DNA from: Eledone cirrhosa
Lineage: Eukaryota
DNA length: 64,000 nt
Assembly (NCBI GenBank): GCA_964016885.1
Contig: OZ024748.1
Location: 33,728,001 to 33,792,000, forward strand
Direction of reading: 5' to 3'
Each line of letters begins with the position of its first letter. Within the stretch, counting starts at the first letter, position 1. The translations under genes were made by a program, and so were the position numbers. Positions 1 to 15,000 of the stretch are shown here, in pieces. Below the pieces are notes generated by a model. It was not told the origin of the DNA. It did no database searches and saw only the letters and a program-made list of their open reading frames with translations.

Positions 1-3000
1 AATCAGTGGTGGTAGACATTAGGTGGAGTGAATCAGTGGTGGTGGACATTAGGTGGAGTGAATCAGTGATGGTGGACATTAGGTGGAGTGAATAAGTGGT
101 GGTGGACATTAGGTGGAGTGAATAAGTGGTGGTGGATATTAGGTGGAGTGAATCAGTGGTGGTGGACATTAGGTGGAGTGAATCAGTGGTGGTGGACATT
201 AGGTGGAGTGAATCAGTGATGGTGGACATTAGGTGGAGTGAATAAGTGGTGGTGGATATTAGGAGGAGTGAATCAGTGGTGGTGGACATTAGGAGGAGTG
301 AATCAGTGGTGGTGGACATTAGGTGGAGTGAATAAGTGGTGGTGGATATTAGGAGGAGTGAATCAGTGGTGGTGGACATTAGGTGGAGTGAATAAGTGGT
401 GGTGGATATTAGGAGGAGTGAATAAGTGGTGGTGGATATTAGGAGGAGTGAATCAGTGGTGGTGGACATTAGGTGGAGTGAATAAGTGGTGGTGGATATT
501 AGGAGAAGTGAATAAGTGGTGGTGGATATTAGGAGGAGTGAATCAGTGGTGGTGGACATTAGGTGGAGTGAATAAGTGGTGGTGGATATTAGGAGGAGTG
601 AATAAGTGGTGGTGGATATTAGGAGGAGTGAATCAGTGGTGGTGGACATTAGGAGGAGTGAATCAGTGGTGGTGGACATTAGGTGGAGTGAATAAGTGGT
701 GGTGGACATTAAGTGGAGTGAATAAGTGGTGGTGGATATTAGGTGGAGTGAATCAGTGGTGGTGGACATTAGGTGGAGTGAATAAGTGGTGGCGTGGAGT
801 GAATCAGTGGTGGTGGATATTAGGTGGAGTGAATAAGTGGTGGTGGATATTAGGTGGAGTGAATAAGTGGTGGTGGATATTAGGTGGAGTGAATCAGTGG
901 TGGTGGACATTAGGTGGAGTGAATCAGTGGTGGCGTGGAGTGAATCAGTGGTGGCGTGGTTGACATTAGGTAGAGTGAATCAGTGGTGGTGGACATTAGG
1001 TGGAGTGAATCAATGGTGGTGTGGTGGACATTAGTTGGAGTGAATCAGTGGTGGTGGACATCAGGTACTGTCAATCAGTGGTGGTGGACATTAGGTGGAG
1101 TGAATCAGTGGTGGCGTGGTTGACATTAGGTAGAGTGAATCAGTGGTGGTGGAAATTAGTTGGAGTGTATCAGTGGTGGTGTGCTGGACATTAGGTGGAG
1201 TGAATCAGTGGTGGTGTGGTTGACATTATGTGGAGTGAATTAGTGGTGGTGGACATTAGGAGGAGTGAATCAGTGGTGTTGGCCATTAGGAGGAGTGAGT
1301 CAGTGGTGGTGGACATTAGGAGGAGTGAATCAGTGGTGGTGTGGTTGACATTAGGTGGAGTGAATCAGTGGTGGTGGACATTAGATAGAGTGAACCAGTG
1401 GTGGTGGACATTAGGTGGAGTGATTAAGTGGTGGTGGACATTAGGTTGAGTGAATCAGTGGTGGTGGACATTAGGAGGAGTGAATCAGTGGTGGTGTGGT
1501 TGACATTAGGTGGAGTGAATCAGTGGTGGTGGACATTAGATAGAGTGAATCAGTGGTGGTGGACATTAGGTGGAGTGATTAAGTGGTGGTGGACATTAGG
1601 TTGAGTGAATCAGTGGTGGTGGACATTAGGTGGAGTGAATCAGTGGTGGTGTGGTTGACATTAGGTGGAGTGAATCAGTGGTGGTGTACATTAGTTGGAG
1701 TGAATCAGTGGTGGTAGACATTAGCTGGTGTAAATCAGTGGTGGTGGACATTAGGTAGAGTGAATCATTGGTGGTGGACATTAGCTGGAGTGAATCAGTA
1801 GTGGGGTGGCGGACATTAGGTGGAGTTGATCAGTGGTGGTGGACATTAGGTGGAGTCAATCATTGGTGGTGTGGTGGACATTAGGTAGAGTGAATCACTG
1901 GTGGTGGACATTAGGTGGAGTGAATCAGTGGTGGTTGACATTTGGTGGAGTGAATCAGTGGTGGTGGACATTAGGTGGAGTGAATTAGTGGTGGTGGACA
2001 TTAGGTGGAGTGAATCAGTGGTGGTGGACATTAGGTGGAGCGAATCAGTGGTGGTGGACATTAAGTAGAGTGAATCAGTGGTGGTGGACATTAGGTGGAG
2101 TGAATTAGTGGCAGTGTGGTTGTCATTAGGTGGAGTGAATCAGTTGTGGTGGACATTAGGTGGAGTGAATCAGTGGTGGTGGACATTAAGTAGAGTGAAT
2201 CAGTGGTGGTGGACATTAGGTGGAGTGAATCAGTGGTGGTGGACATTAAGTAGAGTGAATCAATGGTGGTGGACATTAAGTAGACTGAATCAGTGGTGGT
2301 GGACATTAGTTGGAGTGAATCAGTGGTGGTATGGTGGACATTAGGTCGAGTGAATCAGTGGTGGTGGACATCAGGTACTGTCAATCAGGGGTGGTGGACA
2401 TTAGGTGGAGTGAATCAGTAGTGGCGTGGTTGACATTAGGTAGAGTGAATCAGTGGTGGTGGACATTAGGTGGAGTGAATCAGTGGTGGTGGACATTAAG
2501 TAGAGTGAATCAGTGGTGGTGGACATTAAGTAGAGTGAATCAATGGTGGTGGACATTAAGTAGACTGAATCAGTGGTGGTGGACATTAGTTGGAGTGAAT
2601 CAGTGGTGGTGTTGTGGACATTAGGTCGAGTGAATCAGTGGTGGTGGACATCAGGTACTGTCAATCAGGGGTGGTGGACATTAGGTGGAGTGAATCAGTA
2701 GTGGCGTGGTTGACATTAGGTAGAGTGAATCAGTGGTGGTGGAAATTAGGTGGAGTGCATCAGTGGTGGTGTGGTTGACATTAGGTTAAGTGAATTAGTG
2801 TTGGTTGACATTAGGTAGAGTGAATCAGTGGTGGTGGACATTAGGTGGAGTGAATCAGTGGTGGCGGACATTAGGAGGAGTGAATCAGTGGTGGTGGACA
2901 TTAGGTGGAGTGAATCGGTGGTGGTGTGGTTGACATTAGGTGGAGTGAATTAGTGGTGGTGGACATTAGGTGGAGTGAATCAGTGGTGGTGGACATTAGG

Positions 3001-6000
3001 TGGAGTGAATCGGTGGTGGTGTGGTTGACATTAGGTGGAGTGAATTAGTGGTGGTGGACATTAGGTGGAGTGAATCAGTGGTGGTGGACATTAGGAGTAG
3101 TGAATCAGTGGTGTTGGACATTAGGAGGAGTGAATCAGTGGTGGTGGACATTAGTTGGCGTGAATCAGTGGTGGTGCACATTAAGTAGACTGAATCAGTG
3201 GTGGTGGACATTAGGTGGAGTGAATCAGTAGTGGTGGACATTAGGTGGAGTGAATAAGTGGTGGTGGATATTAGGAGGAGTGAATCAGTGGTGGTGGACA
3301 TTAGGTGGAGTGAATAAGTGGTGGTGGACATTAGGTGGAGTGGATAAGTGGTGGTGGATATTAGGAGGAGTGAATCAGTGGTGGTGGACATTAGGTGGAG
3401 TGAATAAGTGGTGGTGGATATTAGGTGGAGTGAATAAGTGGTGGTGGACATTAGGTGGAGTGAATAAGTGGTGGTGGATATTAGGAGGAGTGAATCAGTG
3501 GTGGTAGACATTAGGTGGAGTGAATCAGTGGTGGTGGACATTAGGTGGAGTGAATCAGTGATGGTGGACATTAGGTGGAGTGAATAAGTGGTGGTGGATA
3601 TTAGGAGGAGTGAATAAGTGGTGGTGGATATTAGGAGGAGTGAATCAGTGGTGGTGGACATTAGGTGGAGTGAATAAGTGGTGGTGGATATTAGGAGGAG
3701 TGAATAAGTGGTGGTGGATATTAGGAGGAGTGAATCAGTGGTGGTGGACATTAGGAGGAGTGAATCAGTGGTGGTGGACATTAGGTGGAGTGAATAAGTG
3801 GTGGTGGACATTAAGTGGAGTGAATAAGTGGTGGTGGATATTAGGTGGAGTGAATCAGTGGTGGTGGACATTAGGTGGAGTGAATAAGTGGTGGCGTGGA
3901 GTGAATCAGTGGTGGTGGATATTAGGTGGAGTGAATAAGTGGTGGTGGATATTAGGTGGAGTGAATAAGTGGTGGTGGATATTAGGTGGAGTGAATCAGT
4001 GGTGGTGGACATTAGGTGGAGTGAATCAGTGGTGGCGTGGAGTGAATCAGTGGTGGCGTGGTTGACATTAGGTAGAGTGAATCAGTGGTGGTGGACATTA
4101 GGTGGAGTGAATCAGTGGTGGTGTGGTGGACATTAGTTGGAGTGAATCAGTGGTGGTGGACATCAGGTACTGTCAATCAGTGGTGGTGGACATTAGGTGG
4201 AGTGAATCAGTGGTGGCGTGGTTGACATTAGGTAGAGTGAATCAGTGGTGGTGGAAATTAGTTGGAGTGTATCAGTGGTGGTGTGCTGGACATTAGGTGG
4301 AGTGAATCAGTGGTGGTGTGGTTGACATTATGTGGAGTGAATTAGTGGTGGTGGACATTAGGAGGAGTGAATCAGTGGTGTTGGCCATTAGGAGGAGTGA
4401 GTCAGTGGTGGTGGACATTAGGAGGAGTGAATCAGTGGTGGTGTGGTTGACATTAGGTGGAGTGAATCAGTGGTGGTGGACATTAGATAGAGTGAACCAG
4501 TGGTGGTGGACATTAGGTGGAGTGATTAAGTGGTGGTGGACATTAGGTTGAGTGAATCAGTGGTGGTGGACATTAGGAGGAGTGAATCAGTGGTGGTGTG
4601 GTTGACATTAGGTGGAGTGAATCAGTGGTGGTGGACATTAGATAGAGTGAATCAGTGGTGGTGGACATTAGGTGGAGTGATTAAGTGGTGGTGGACATTA
4701 GGTTGAGTGAATCAGTGGTGGTGGACATTAGGTGGAGTGAATCAGTGGTGGTGTGGTTGACATTAGGTGGAGTGAATCAGTGGTGGTGTACATTAGTTGG
4801 AGTGAATCAGTGGTGGTAGACATTAGCTGGTGTAAATCAGTGGTGGTGGACATTAGGTAGAGTGAATCATTGGTGGTGGACATTAGCTGGAGTGAATCAG
4901 TAGTGGGGTGGCGGACATTAGGTGGAGTTGATCAGTGGTGGTGGACATTAGGTGGAGTCAATCATTGGTGGTGTGGTGGACATTAGGTAGAGTGAATCAC
5001 TGGTGGTGGACATTAGGTGGAGTGAATCAGTGGTGGTTGACATTTGGTGGAGTGAATCAGTGGTGGTGGACATTAGGTGGAGTGAATTAGTGGTGGTGGA
5101 CATTAGGTGGAGTGAATCAGTGGTGGTGGACATTAGGTGGAGCGAATCAGTGGTGGTGGACATTAAGTAGAGTGAATCAGTGGTGGTGGACATTAGGTGG
5201 AGTGAATTAGTGGCAGTGTGGTTGTCATTAGGTGGAGTGAATCAGTTGTGGTGGACATTAGGTGGAGTGAATCAGTGGTGGTGGACATTAAGTAGAGTGA
5301 ATCAGTGGTGGTGGACATTAGGTGGAGTGAATCAGTGGTGGTGGACATTAAGTAGAGTGAATCAATGGTGGTGGACATTAAGTAGACTGAATCAGTGGTG
5401 GTGGACATTAGTTGGAGTGAATCAGTGGTGGTGTGGTGGACATTAGGTCGAGTGAATCAGTGGTGGTGGACATCAGGTACTGTCAATCAGGGGTGGTGGA
5501 CATTAGGTGGAGTGAATCAGTAGTGGCGTGGTTGACATTAGGTAGAGTGAATCAGTGGTGGTGGACATTAGGTGGAGTGAATCAGTGGTGGTGGACATTA
5601 AGTAGAGTGAATCAGTGGTGGTGGACATTAAGTAGAGTGAATCAATGGTGGTGGACATTAAGTAGACTGAATCAGTGGTGGTGGACATTAGTTGGAGTGA
5701 ATCAGTGGTGGTGTGGTGGACATTAGGTCGAGTGAATCAGTGGTGGTGGACATCAGGTACTGTCAATCAGGGGTGGTGGACATTAGGTGGAGTGAATCAG
5801 TAGTGGCGTGGTTGACATTAGGTAGAGTGAATCAGTGGTGGTGGAAATTAGGTGGAGTGCATCAGTGGTGGTGTGGTTGACATTAGGTTAAGTGAATTAG
5901 TGTTGGTTGACATTAGGTAGAGTGAATCAGTGGTGGTGGACATTAGGTGGAGTGAATCAGTGGTGGCGGACATTAGGAGGAGTGAATCAGTGGTGGTGGA

Positions 6001-9000
6001 CATTAGGTGGAGTGAATCGGTGGTGGTGTGGTTGACATTAGGTGGAGTGAATTAGTGGTGGTGGACATTAGGTGGAGTGAATCAGTGGTGGTGGACATTA
6101 GGTGGAGTGAATCGGTGGTGGTGTGGTTGACATTAGGTGGAGTGAATTAGTGGTGGTGGACATTAGGTGGAGTGAATCAGTGGTGGTGGACATTAGGAGT
6201 AGTGAATCAGTGGTGTTGGACATTAGGAGGAGTGAATCAGTGGTGGTGGACATTAGTTGGCGTGAATCAGTGGTGGTGCACATTAAGTAGACTGAATCAG
6301 TGGTGGTGGACATTAGGTGGAGTGAATCAGTAGTGGTGGACATTAGGTGGAGTAAATAAGTGGTGGTGGATATTAGGAGGAGTGAATCAGTGGTGGTGGA
6401 CATTAGGTGGAGTGAATAAGTGGTGGTGGACATTAGGTGGAGTGGATAAGTGGTGGTGGATATTAGGAGGAGTGAATCAGTGGTGGTGGACATTAGGTGG
6501 AGTGAATAAGTGGTGGTGGATATTAGGTGGAGTGAATAAGTGGTGGTGGACATTAGGTTGAGTGAATAAGTGGTGGTGGATATTAGGAGGAGTGAATCAG
6601 TGGTGGTAGACATTAGGTGGAGTGAATCAGTGGTGGTGGACATTAGGTGGAGTGAATCAGTGATGGTGGACATTAGGTGGAGTGAATAAGTGGTGGTGGA
6701 TATTAGGAGGAGTGAATAAGTGGTGGTGGATATTAGGAGGAGTGAATCAGTGGTGGTGGACATTAGGTGGAGTGAATAAGTGGTGGTGGATATTAGGAGG
6801 AGTGAATAAGTGGTGGTGGATATTAGGAGGAGTGAATCAGTGGTGGTGGACATTAGGTGGAGTGAATAAGTGGTGGTGGATATTAGGAGGAGTGAATAAG
6901 TGGTGGTGGATATTAGGAGGAGTGAATCAGTGGTGGTGGACATTAGGAGGAGTGAATCAGTGGTGGTGGACATTAGGTGGAGTGAATAAGTGGTGGTGGA
7001 CATTAAGTGGAGTGAATAAGTGGTGGTGGATATTAGGTGGAGTGAATCAGTGGTGGTGGACATTAGGTGGAGTGAATAAGTGGTGGCGTGGAGTGAATCA
7101 GTGGTGGTGGATATTAGGTGGAGTGAATAAGTGGTGGTGGATATTAGGTGGAGTGAATAAGTGGTGGTGGATATTAGGTGGAGTGAATCAGTGGTGGTGG
7201 ACATTAGGTGGAGTGAATCAGTGGTGGCGTGGAGTGAATCAGTGGTGGCGTGGTTGACATTAGGTAGAGTGAATCAGTGGTGGTGGACATTAGGTGGAGT
7301 GAATCAGTGGTGGTGTGGTGGACATTAGTTGGAGTGAATCAGTGGTGGTGGACATCAGGTACTGTCAATCAGTGGTGGTGGACATTAGGTGGAGTGAATC
7401 AGTGGTGGCGTGGTTGACATTAGGTAGAGTGAATCAGTAGTGGTGGAAATTAGTTGGAGTGTATCAGTGGTGGTGTGCTGGACATTAGGTGGAGTGAATC
7501 AGTGGTGGTGTGGTTGACATTATGTGGAGTGAATTAGTGGTGGTGGACATTAGGAGGAGTGAATCAGTGGTGTTGGCCATTAGGAGGAGTGAGTCAGTGG
7601 TGGTGGACATTAGGAGGAGTGAATCAGTGGTGGTGTGGTTGACATTAGGTGGAGTGAATCAGTGGTGGTGGACATTAGATAGAGTGAACCAGTGGTGGTG
7701 GACATTAGGTGGAGTGATTAAGTGGTGGTGGACATTAGGTTGAGTGAATCAGTGGTGGTGGACATTAGGAGGAGTGAATCAGTGGTGGTGTGGTTGACAT
7801 TAGGTGGAGTGAATCAGTGGTGGTGGACATTAGATAGAGTGAATCAGTGGTGGTGGACATTAGGTGGAGTGATTAAGTGGTGGTGGACATTAGGTTGAGT
7901 GAATCAGTGGTGGTGGACATTAGGTGGAGTGAATCAGTGGTGGTGTGGTTGACATTAGGTGGAGTGAATCAGTGGTGGTGTACATTAGTTGGAGTGAATC
8001 AGTGGTGGTAGACATTAGCTGGTGTAAATCAGTGGTGGTGGACATTAGGTAGAGTGAATCATTGGTGGTGGACATTAGCTGGAGTGAATCAGTAGTGGGG
8101 TGGCGGACATTAGGTGGAGTTGATTAGTGGTGGTGGACATTAGGTGGAGTCAATCATTGGTGGTGTGGTGGACATTAGGTAGAGTGAATCACTGGTGGTG
8201 GACATTAGGTGGAGTGAATCAGTGGTGGTTGACATTAGGTGGAGTGAATCAGTGGTGGTGGACATTAGGTGGAGTGAATTAGTGGTGGTGGACATTAGGT
8301 GGAGTGAATCAGTGGTGGTGGACATTAGGTGGAGCGAATCAGTGGTGGTGGACATTAAGTAGAGTGAATCAGTGGTGGTGGACATTAGGTGGAGTGAATT
8401 AGTGGCAGTGTTGTTGTCATTAGGTGGAGTGAATCAGTGGTGGTGGACATTAGGTGGAGTGAATCAGTGGTGGTGGACATTAAGTAGAGTGAATCAGTGG
8501 TGGTGGACATTAGGTGGAGTGAATCAGTGGTGGTGGACATTAAGTAGAGTGAATCAATGGTGGTGGACATTAAGTAGACTGAATCAGTGGTGGTGGACAT
8601 TAGTTGGAGTGAATCAGTGGTGGTGTGGTGGACATTAGGTCGAGTGAATCAGTGGTGGTGGACATCAGGTACTGTCAATCAGGGGTGGTGGACATTAGGT
8701 GGAGTGAATCAGTAGTGGCGTGGTTGACATTAGGTAGAGTGAATCAGTGGTGGTGGACATTAGGTGGAGTGAATCAGTGGTGGTGGACATTAAGTAGAGT
8801 GAATCAGTGGTGGTGGACATTAAGTAGAGTGAATCAATGGTGGTGGACATTAAGTAGACTGAATCAGTGGTGGTGGACATTAGTTGGAGTGAATCAGTGG
8901 TGGTGTGGTGGACATTAGGTCGAGTGAATCAGTGGTGGTGGACATCAGGTACTGTCAATCAGGGGTGGTGGACATTAGGTGGAGTGAATCAGTAGTGGCG

Positions 9001-12000
9001 TGGTTGACATTAGGTAGAGTGAATCAGTGGTGGTGGAAATTAGGTGGAGTGCATCAGTGGTGGTGTGGTTGACATTAGGTTAAGTGAATTAGTGTTGGTT
9101 GACATTAGGTAGAGTGAATCAGTGGTGGTGGACATTAGGTGGAGTGAATCAGTGGTGGCGGACATTAGGAGGAGTGAATCAGTGGTGGTGGACATTAGGT
9201 GGAGTGAATCGGTGGTGGTGTGGTTGACATTAGGTGGAGTGAATTAGTGGTGGTGGACATTAGGTGGAGTGAATAAGTGGTGGTGGACATTAAGTGGAGT
9301 GAATAAGTGGTGGTGGATATTAGGTGGAGTGAGTCAGTGGTGGTGGACATTAGGTGGAGTGAATAAGTGGTGGCGTGGAGTGAATCAGTGGTGGTGGATA
9401 TTAGGTGGAGTGAATAAGTGGTGGTGGATATTAGGTGGAGTGAATAAGTGGTGGTGGATATTAGGTGGAGTGAATCAGTGGTGGTGGACATTAGGTGGAG
9501 TGAATCAGTGGTGGCGTGGAGTGAATCAGTGGTGGCGTGGTTGACATTAGGTAGAGTGAATCAGTGGTGGTGGACATTAGGTGGAGTGAATCAGTGGTGG
9601 TGTGGTGGACATTAGTTGGAGTGAATCAGTGGTGGTGGACATCAGGTACTGTCAATCAGTGGTGGTGGACATTAGGTGGAGTGAATCAGTGGTGGCGTGG
9701 TTGACATTAGGTAGAGTGAATCAGTGGTGGTGGAAATTAGTTGGAGTGTATCAGTGGTGGTGTGCTGGACATTAGGTGGAGTGAATCAGTGGTGGTGTGG
9801 TTGACATTATGTGGAGTGAATTAGTGGTGGTGGACATTAGGAGGAGTGAATCAGTGGTGTTGGCCATTAGGAGGAGTGAGTCAGTGGTGGTGGACATTAG
9901 GAGGAGTGAATCAGTGGTGGTGTGGTTGACATTAGGTGGAGTGAATCAGTGGTGGTGGACATTAGATAGAGTGAACCAGTGGTGGTGGACATTAGGTGGA
10001 GTGATTAAGTGGTGGTGGACATTAGGTTGAGTGAATCAGTGGTGGTGGACATTAGGAGGAGTGAATCAGTGGTGGTGTGGTTGACATTAGGTGGAGTGAA
10101 TCAGTGGTGGTGGACATTAGATAGAGTGAATCAGTGGTGGTGGACATTAGGTGGAGTGATTAAGTGGTGGTGGACATTAGGTTGAGTGAATCAGTGGTGG
10201 TGGACATTAGGTGGAGTGAATCAGTGGTGGTGTGGTTGACATTAGGTGGAGTGAATCAGTGGTGGTGTACATTAGTTGGAGTGAATCAGTGGTGGTAGAC
10301 ATTAGCTGGTGTAAATCAGTGGTGGTGGACATTAGGTAGAGTGAATCATTGGTGGTGGACATTAGCTGGAGTGAATCAGTAGTGGGGTGGCGGACATTAG
10401 GTGGAGTTGATCAGTGGTGGTGGACATTAGGTGGAGACAATCATTGGTGGTGTGGTGGACATTAGGTAGAGTGAATCACTGGTGGTGGACATTAGGTGGA
10501 GTGAATCAGTGGTGGTTGACATTAGGTGGAGTGAATCAGTGGTGGTGGACATTAGGTGGAGTGAATTAGTGGTGGTGGACATTAGGTGGAGTGAATCAGT
10601 GGTGGTGGACATTAGATGGAGCGAATCAGTGGTGGTGGACATTAAGTAGAGTGAATCAGTGGTGGTGGACATTAGGTGGAGTGAATTAGTGGCAGTGTTG
10701 TTGTCATTAGGTGGAGTGAATCAGTGGTGGTGGACATTAGGTGGAGTGAATCAGTGGTGGTGGACATTAAGTAGAGTGAATCAGTGGTGGTGGACATTAG
10801 GTGGAGTGAATCAGTGGTGGTGGACATTAAGTAGAGTGAATCAATGGTGGTGGACATTAAGTAGACTGAATCAGTGGTGGTGGACATTAGTTGGAGTGAA
10901 TCAGTGGTGGTGTGGTGGACATTAGGTCGAGTGAATCAGTGGTGGTGGACATCAGGTACTGTCAATCAGGGGTGGTGGACATTAGGTGGAGTGAATCAGT
11001 AGTGGCGTGGTTGACATTAGGTAGAGTGAATCAGTGGTGGTGGACATTAGGTGGAGTGAATCAGTGGTGGTGGACATTAAGTAGAGTGAATCAGTGGTGG
11101 TGGACATTAAGTAGAGTGAATCAATGGTGGTGGACATTAAGTAGACTGAATCAGTGGTGGTGGACATTAGTTGGAGTGAATCAGTGGTGGTGTGGTGGAC
11201 ATTAGGTCGAGTGAATCAGTGGTGGTGGACATCAGGTACTGTCAATCAGGGGTGGTGGACATTAGGTGGAGTGAATCAGTAGTGGCGTGGTTGACATTAG
11301 GTAGAGTGAATCAGTGGTGGTGGAAATTAGGTGGAGTGCATCAGTGGTGGTGTGGTTGACATTAGGTTAAGTGAATTAGTGTTGGTTGACATTAGGTAGA
11401 GTGAATCAGTGGTGGTGGACATTAGGTGGAGTGAATCAGTGGTGGCGGACATTAGGAGGAGTGAATCAGTGGTGGTGGACATTAGGTGGAGTGAATCGGT
11501 GGTGGTGTGGTTGACATTAGGTGGAGTGAATTAGTGGTGGTGGACATTAGGTGGAGTGAATCAGTGGTGGTGGACATTAGGTGGAGTGAATCGGTGGTGG
11601 TGTGGTTGACATTAGGTGGAGTGAATTAGTGGTGGTGGACATTAGGTGGAGTGAATCAGTGGTGGTGGACATTAGGAGTAGTGAATCAGTGGTGTTGGAC
11701 ATTAGGAGGAGTGAATCAGTGGTGGTGGACATTAGTTGGCGTGAATCAGTGGTGGTGCACATTAAGTAGACTGAATCAGTGGTGGTGGACATTAGGTGGA
11801 GTGAATCAGTAGTGGTGGACATTACGTGGAGTGAATAAGTGGTGGTGGATATTAGGAGGAGTGAATCAGTGGTGGTGGACATTAGGTGGAGTGAATAAGT
11901 GGTGGTGGACATTAGGTGGAGTGGATAAGTGGTGGTGGATATTAGGAGGAGTGAATCAGTGGTGGTGGACATTAGGTGGAGTGAATAAGTGGTGGTGGAT

Positions 12001-15000
12001 ATTAGGTGGAGTGAATAAGTGGTGGTGGACATTAGGTGGAGTGAATAAGTGGTGGTGGATATTAGGAGGAGTGAATCAGTGGTGGTAGACATTAGGTGGA
12101 GTGAATCAGTGGTGGTGGACATTAGGTGGAGTGAATCAGTGATGGTGGACACTAGGTGGAGTGAATAAGTGGTGGTGGATATTAGGAGGAGTGAATCAGT
12201 GGTGGTGGACATTAGGTGGAGTGAATCAGTGGTGGTGGACATTAGGTGGAGTGAATAAGTGGTGGTGGATATTAGGAGGAGTGAATCAGTGGTGGTAGAC
12301 ATTAGGTGGAGTGAATCAGTGGTGGTGGACATTAGGTGGAGTGAATCAGTGGTGGTGGACATTAGGTGGAGTGAATCAGTGATGGTGGAATTAGGTGGAG
12401 TGAATAAGTGGTGGTGGATATTAGGAGGAGTGAATCAGTGGTGGTGGACATTAGGAGGAGTGAATCAGTGGTGGTGGACATTAGGTGGAGTGAATAAGTG
12501 GTGGTGGATATTAGGAGGAGTGAATCAGTGGTGGTGGACATTAGGTGGAGTGAATAAGTGGTGGTGGATATTAGGAGGAGTGAATAAGTGGTGGTGGATA
12601 TTAGGAGGAGTGAATCAGTGGTGGTGGACATTAGGTGGAGTGAATAAGTGGTGGTGGATATTAGGAGGAGTGAATAAGTGGTGGTGGATATTAGGAGGAG
12701 TGAATCAGTGGTGGTGGACATTAGGTGGAGTGAATAAGTGGTGGTGGATATTAGGAGGAGTGAATAAGTGGTGGTGGATATTAGGAGGAGTGAATCAGTG
12801 GTGGTGGACATTAGGAGGAGTGAATCAGTGGTGGTGGACATTAGGTGGAGTGAATAAGTGGTGGTGGACATTAAGTGGAGTGAATAAGTGGTGGTGGATA
12901 TTAGGTGGAGTGAATCAGTGGTGGTGGACATTAGGTGGAGTGAATAAGTGGTGGCGTGGAGTGAATCAGTGGTGGTGGATATTAGGTGGAGTGAATAAGT
13001 GGTGGTGGATATTAGGTGGAGTGAATAAGTGGTGGTGGATATTAGGTGGAGTGAATCAGTGGTGGTGGACATTAGGTGGAGTGAATCAGTGGTGGCGTGG
13101 AGTGAATCAGTGGTGGCGTGGTTGACATTAGGTAGAGTGAATCAGTGGTGGTGGACATTAGGTGGAGTGAATCAGTGGTGGTGTGGTGGACATTAGTTGG
13201 AGTGAATCAGTGGTGGTGGACATCAGGTACTGTCAATCAGTGGTGGTGGACATTAGGTGGAGTGAATCAGTGGTGGCGTGGTTGACATTAGGTAGAGTGA
13301 ATCAGTGGTGGTGGAAATTAGTTGGAGTGTATCAGTGGTGGTGTGCTGGACATTAGGTGGAGTGAATCAGTGGTGGTGTGGTTGACATTATGTGGAGTGA
13401 ATTAGTGGTGGTGGACATTAGGAGGAGTGAATCAGTGGTGTTGGCCATTAGGAGGAGTGAGTCAGTGGTGGTGGACATTAGGAGGAGTGAATCAGTGGTG
13501 GTGTGGTTGACATTAGGTGGAGTGAATCAGTGGTGGTGGACATTAGATAGAGTGAACCAGTGGTGGTGGACATTAGGTGGAGTGATTAAGTGGTGGTGGA
13601 CATTAGGTTGAGTGAATCAGTGGTGGTGCACATTAGGAGGAGTGAATCAGTGGTGGTGTGGTTGACATTAGGTGGAGTGAATCAGTGGTGGTGGACATTA
13701 GATAGAGTGAATCAGTGGTGGTGGACATTAGGTGGAGTGATTAAGTGGTGGTGGACATTAGGTTGAGTGAATCAGTGGTGGTGGACATTAGGTGGAGTGA
13801 ATCAGTGGTGGTGTGGTTGACATTAGGTGGAGTGAATCAGTGGTGGTGTACATTAGTTGGAGTGAATCAGTGGTGGTAGACATTAGCTGGTGTAAATCAG
13901 TGGTGGTGGATATTAGGTAGAGTGAATCATTGGTGGTGGACATTAGCTGGAGTGAATCAGTAGTGGGGTGGCGGACATTAGGTGGAGTTGATCAGTGGTG
14001 GTGGACATTAGGTGGAGTCAATCATTGGTGGTGTGGTGGACATTAGGTAGAGTGAATCACTGGTGGTGGACATTAGGTGGAGTGAATCAGTGGTGGTTGA
14101 CATTAGGTGGAGTGAATCAGTGGTGGTGGACATTAGGTGGAGTGAATTAGTGGTGGTGGACATTAGGTGGAGTGAATCAGTGGTGGTGGACATTAGGTGG
14201 AGCGAATCAGTGGTGGTGGACATTAAGTAGAGTGAATCAGTGGTGGTGGACATTAGGTGGAGTGAACTAGTGGCAGTGTGGTTGTCATTAGGTGGAGTGA
14301 ATCAGTGGTGGTGGACATTAGGTGGAGTGAATCAGTGGTGGTGGACATTAAGTAGAGTGAATCAGTGGTGGTGGACATTAGGTGGAGTGAATCAGTGGTG
14401 GTGGACATTAAGTAGAGTGAATCAATGGTGGTGGACATTAAGTAGACTGAATCAGTGGTGGTGGACATTAGTTGGAGTGAATCAGTGGTGGTGTGGTGGA
14501 CATTAGGTCGAGTGAATCAGTGGTGGTGGACATCAGGTACTGTCAATCAGGGGTGGTGGACATTAGGTGGAGTGAATCAGTAGTGGCGTGGTTGACATTA
14601 GGTAGAGTGAATCAGTGGTGGTGGACATTAGGTGGAGTGAATCAGTGGTGGTGGACATTAAGTAGAGTGAATCAGTGGTGGTGGACATTAAGTAGAGTGA
14701 ATCAATGGTGGTGGACATTAAGTAGACTGAATCAGTGGTGGTGGACATTAGTTGGAGTGAATCAGTGGTGGTGTGGTGGACATTAGGTCGAGTGAATCAG
14801 TGGTGGTGGACATCAGGTACTGTCAATCAGGGGTGGTGGACATTAGGTGGAGTGAATCAGTAGTGGCGTGGTTGACATTAGGTAGAGTGAATCAGTGGTG
14901 GTGGAAATTAGGTGGAGTGCATCAGTGGTGGTGTGGTTGACATTAGGTTAAGTGAATTAGTGGTGGTGGACATTAGGTAGAGTGAATCAGTGGTGGTGGA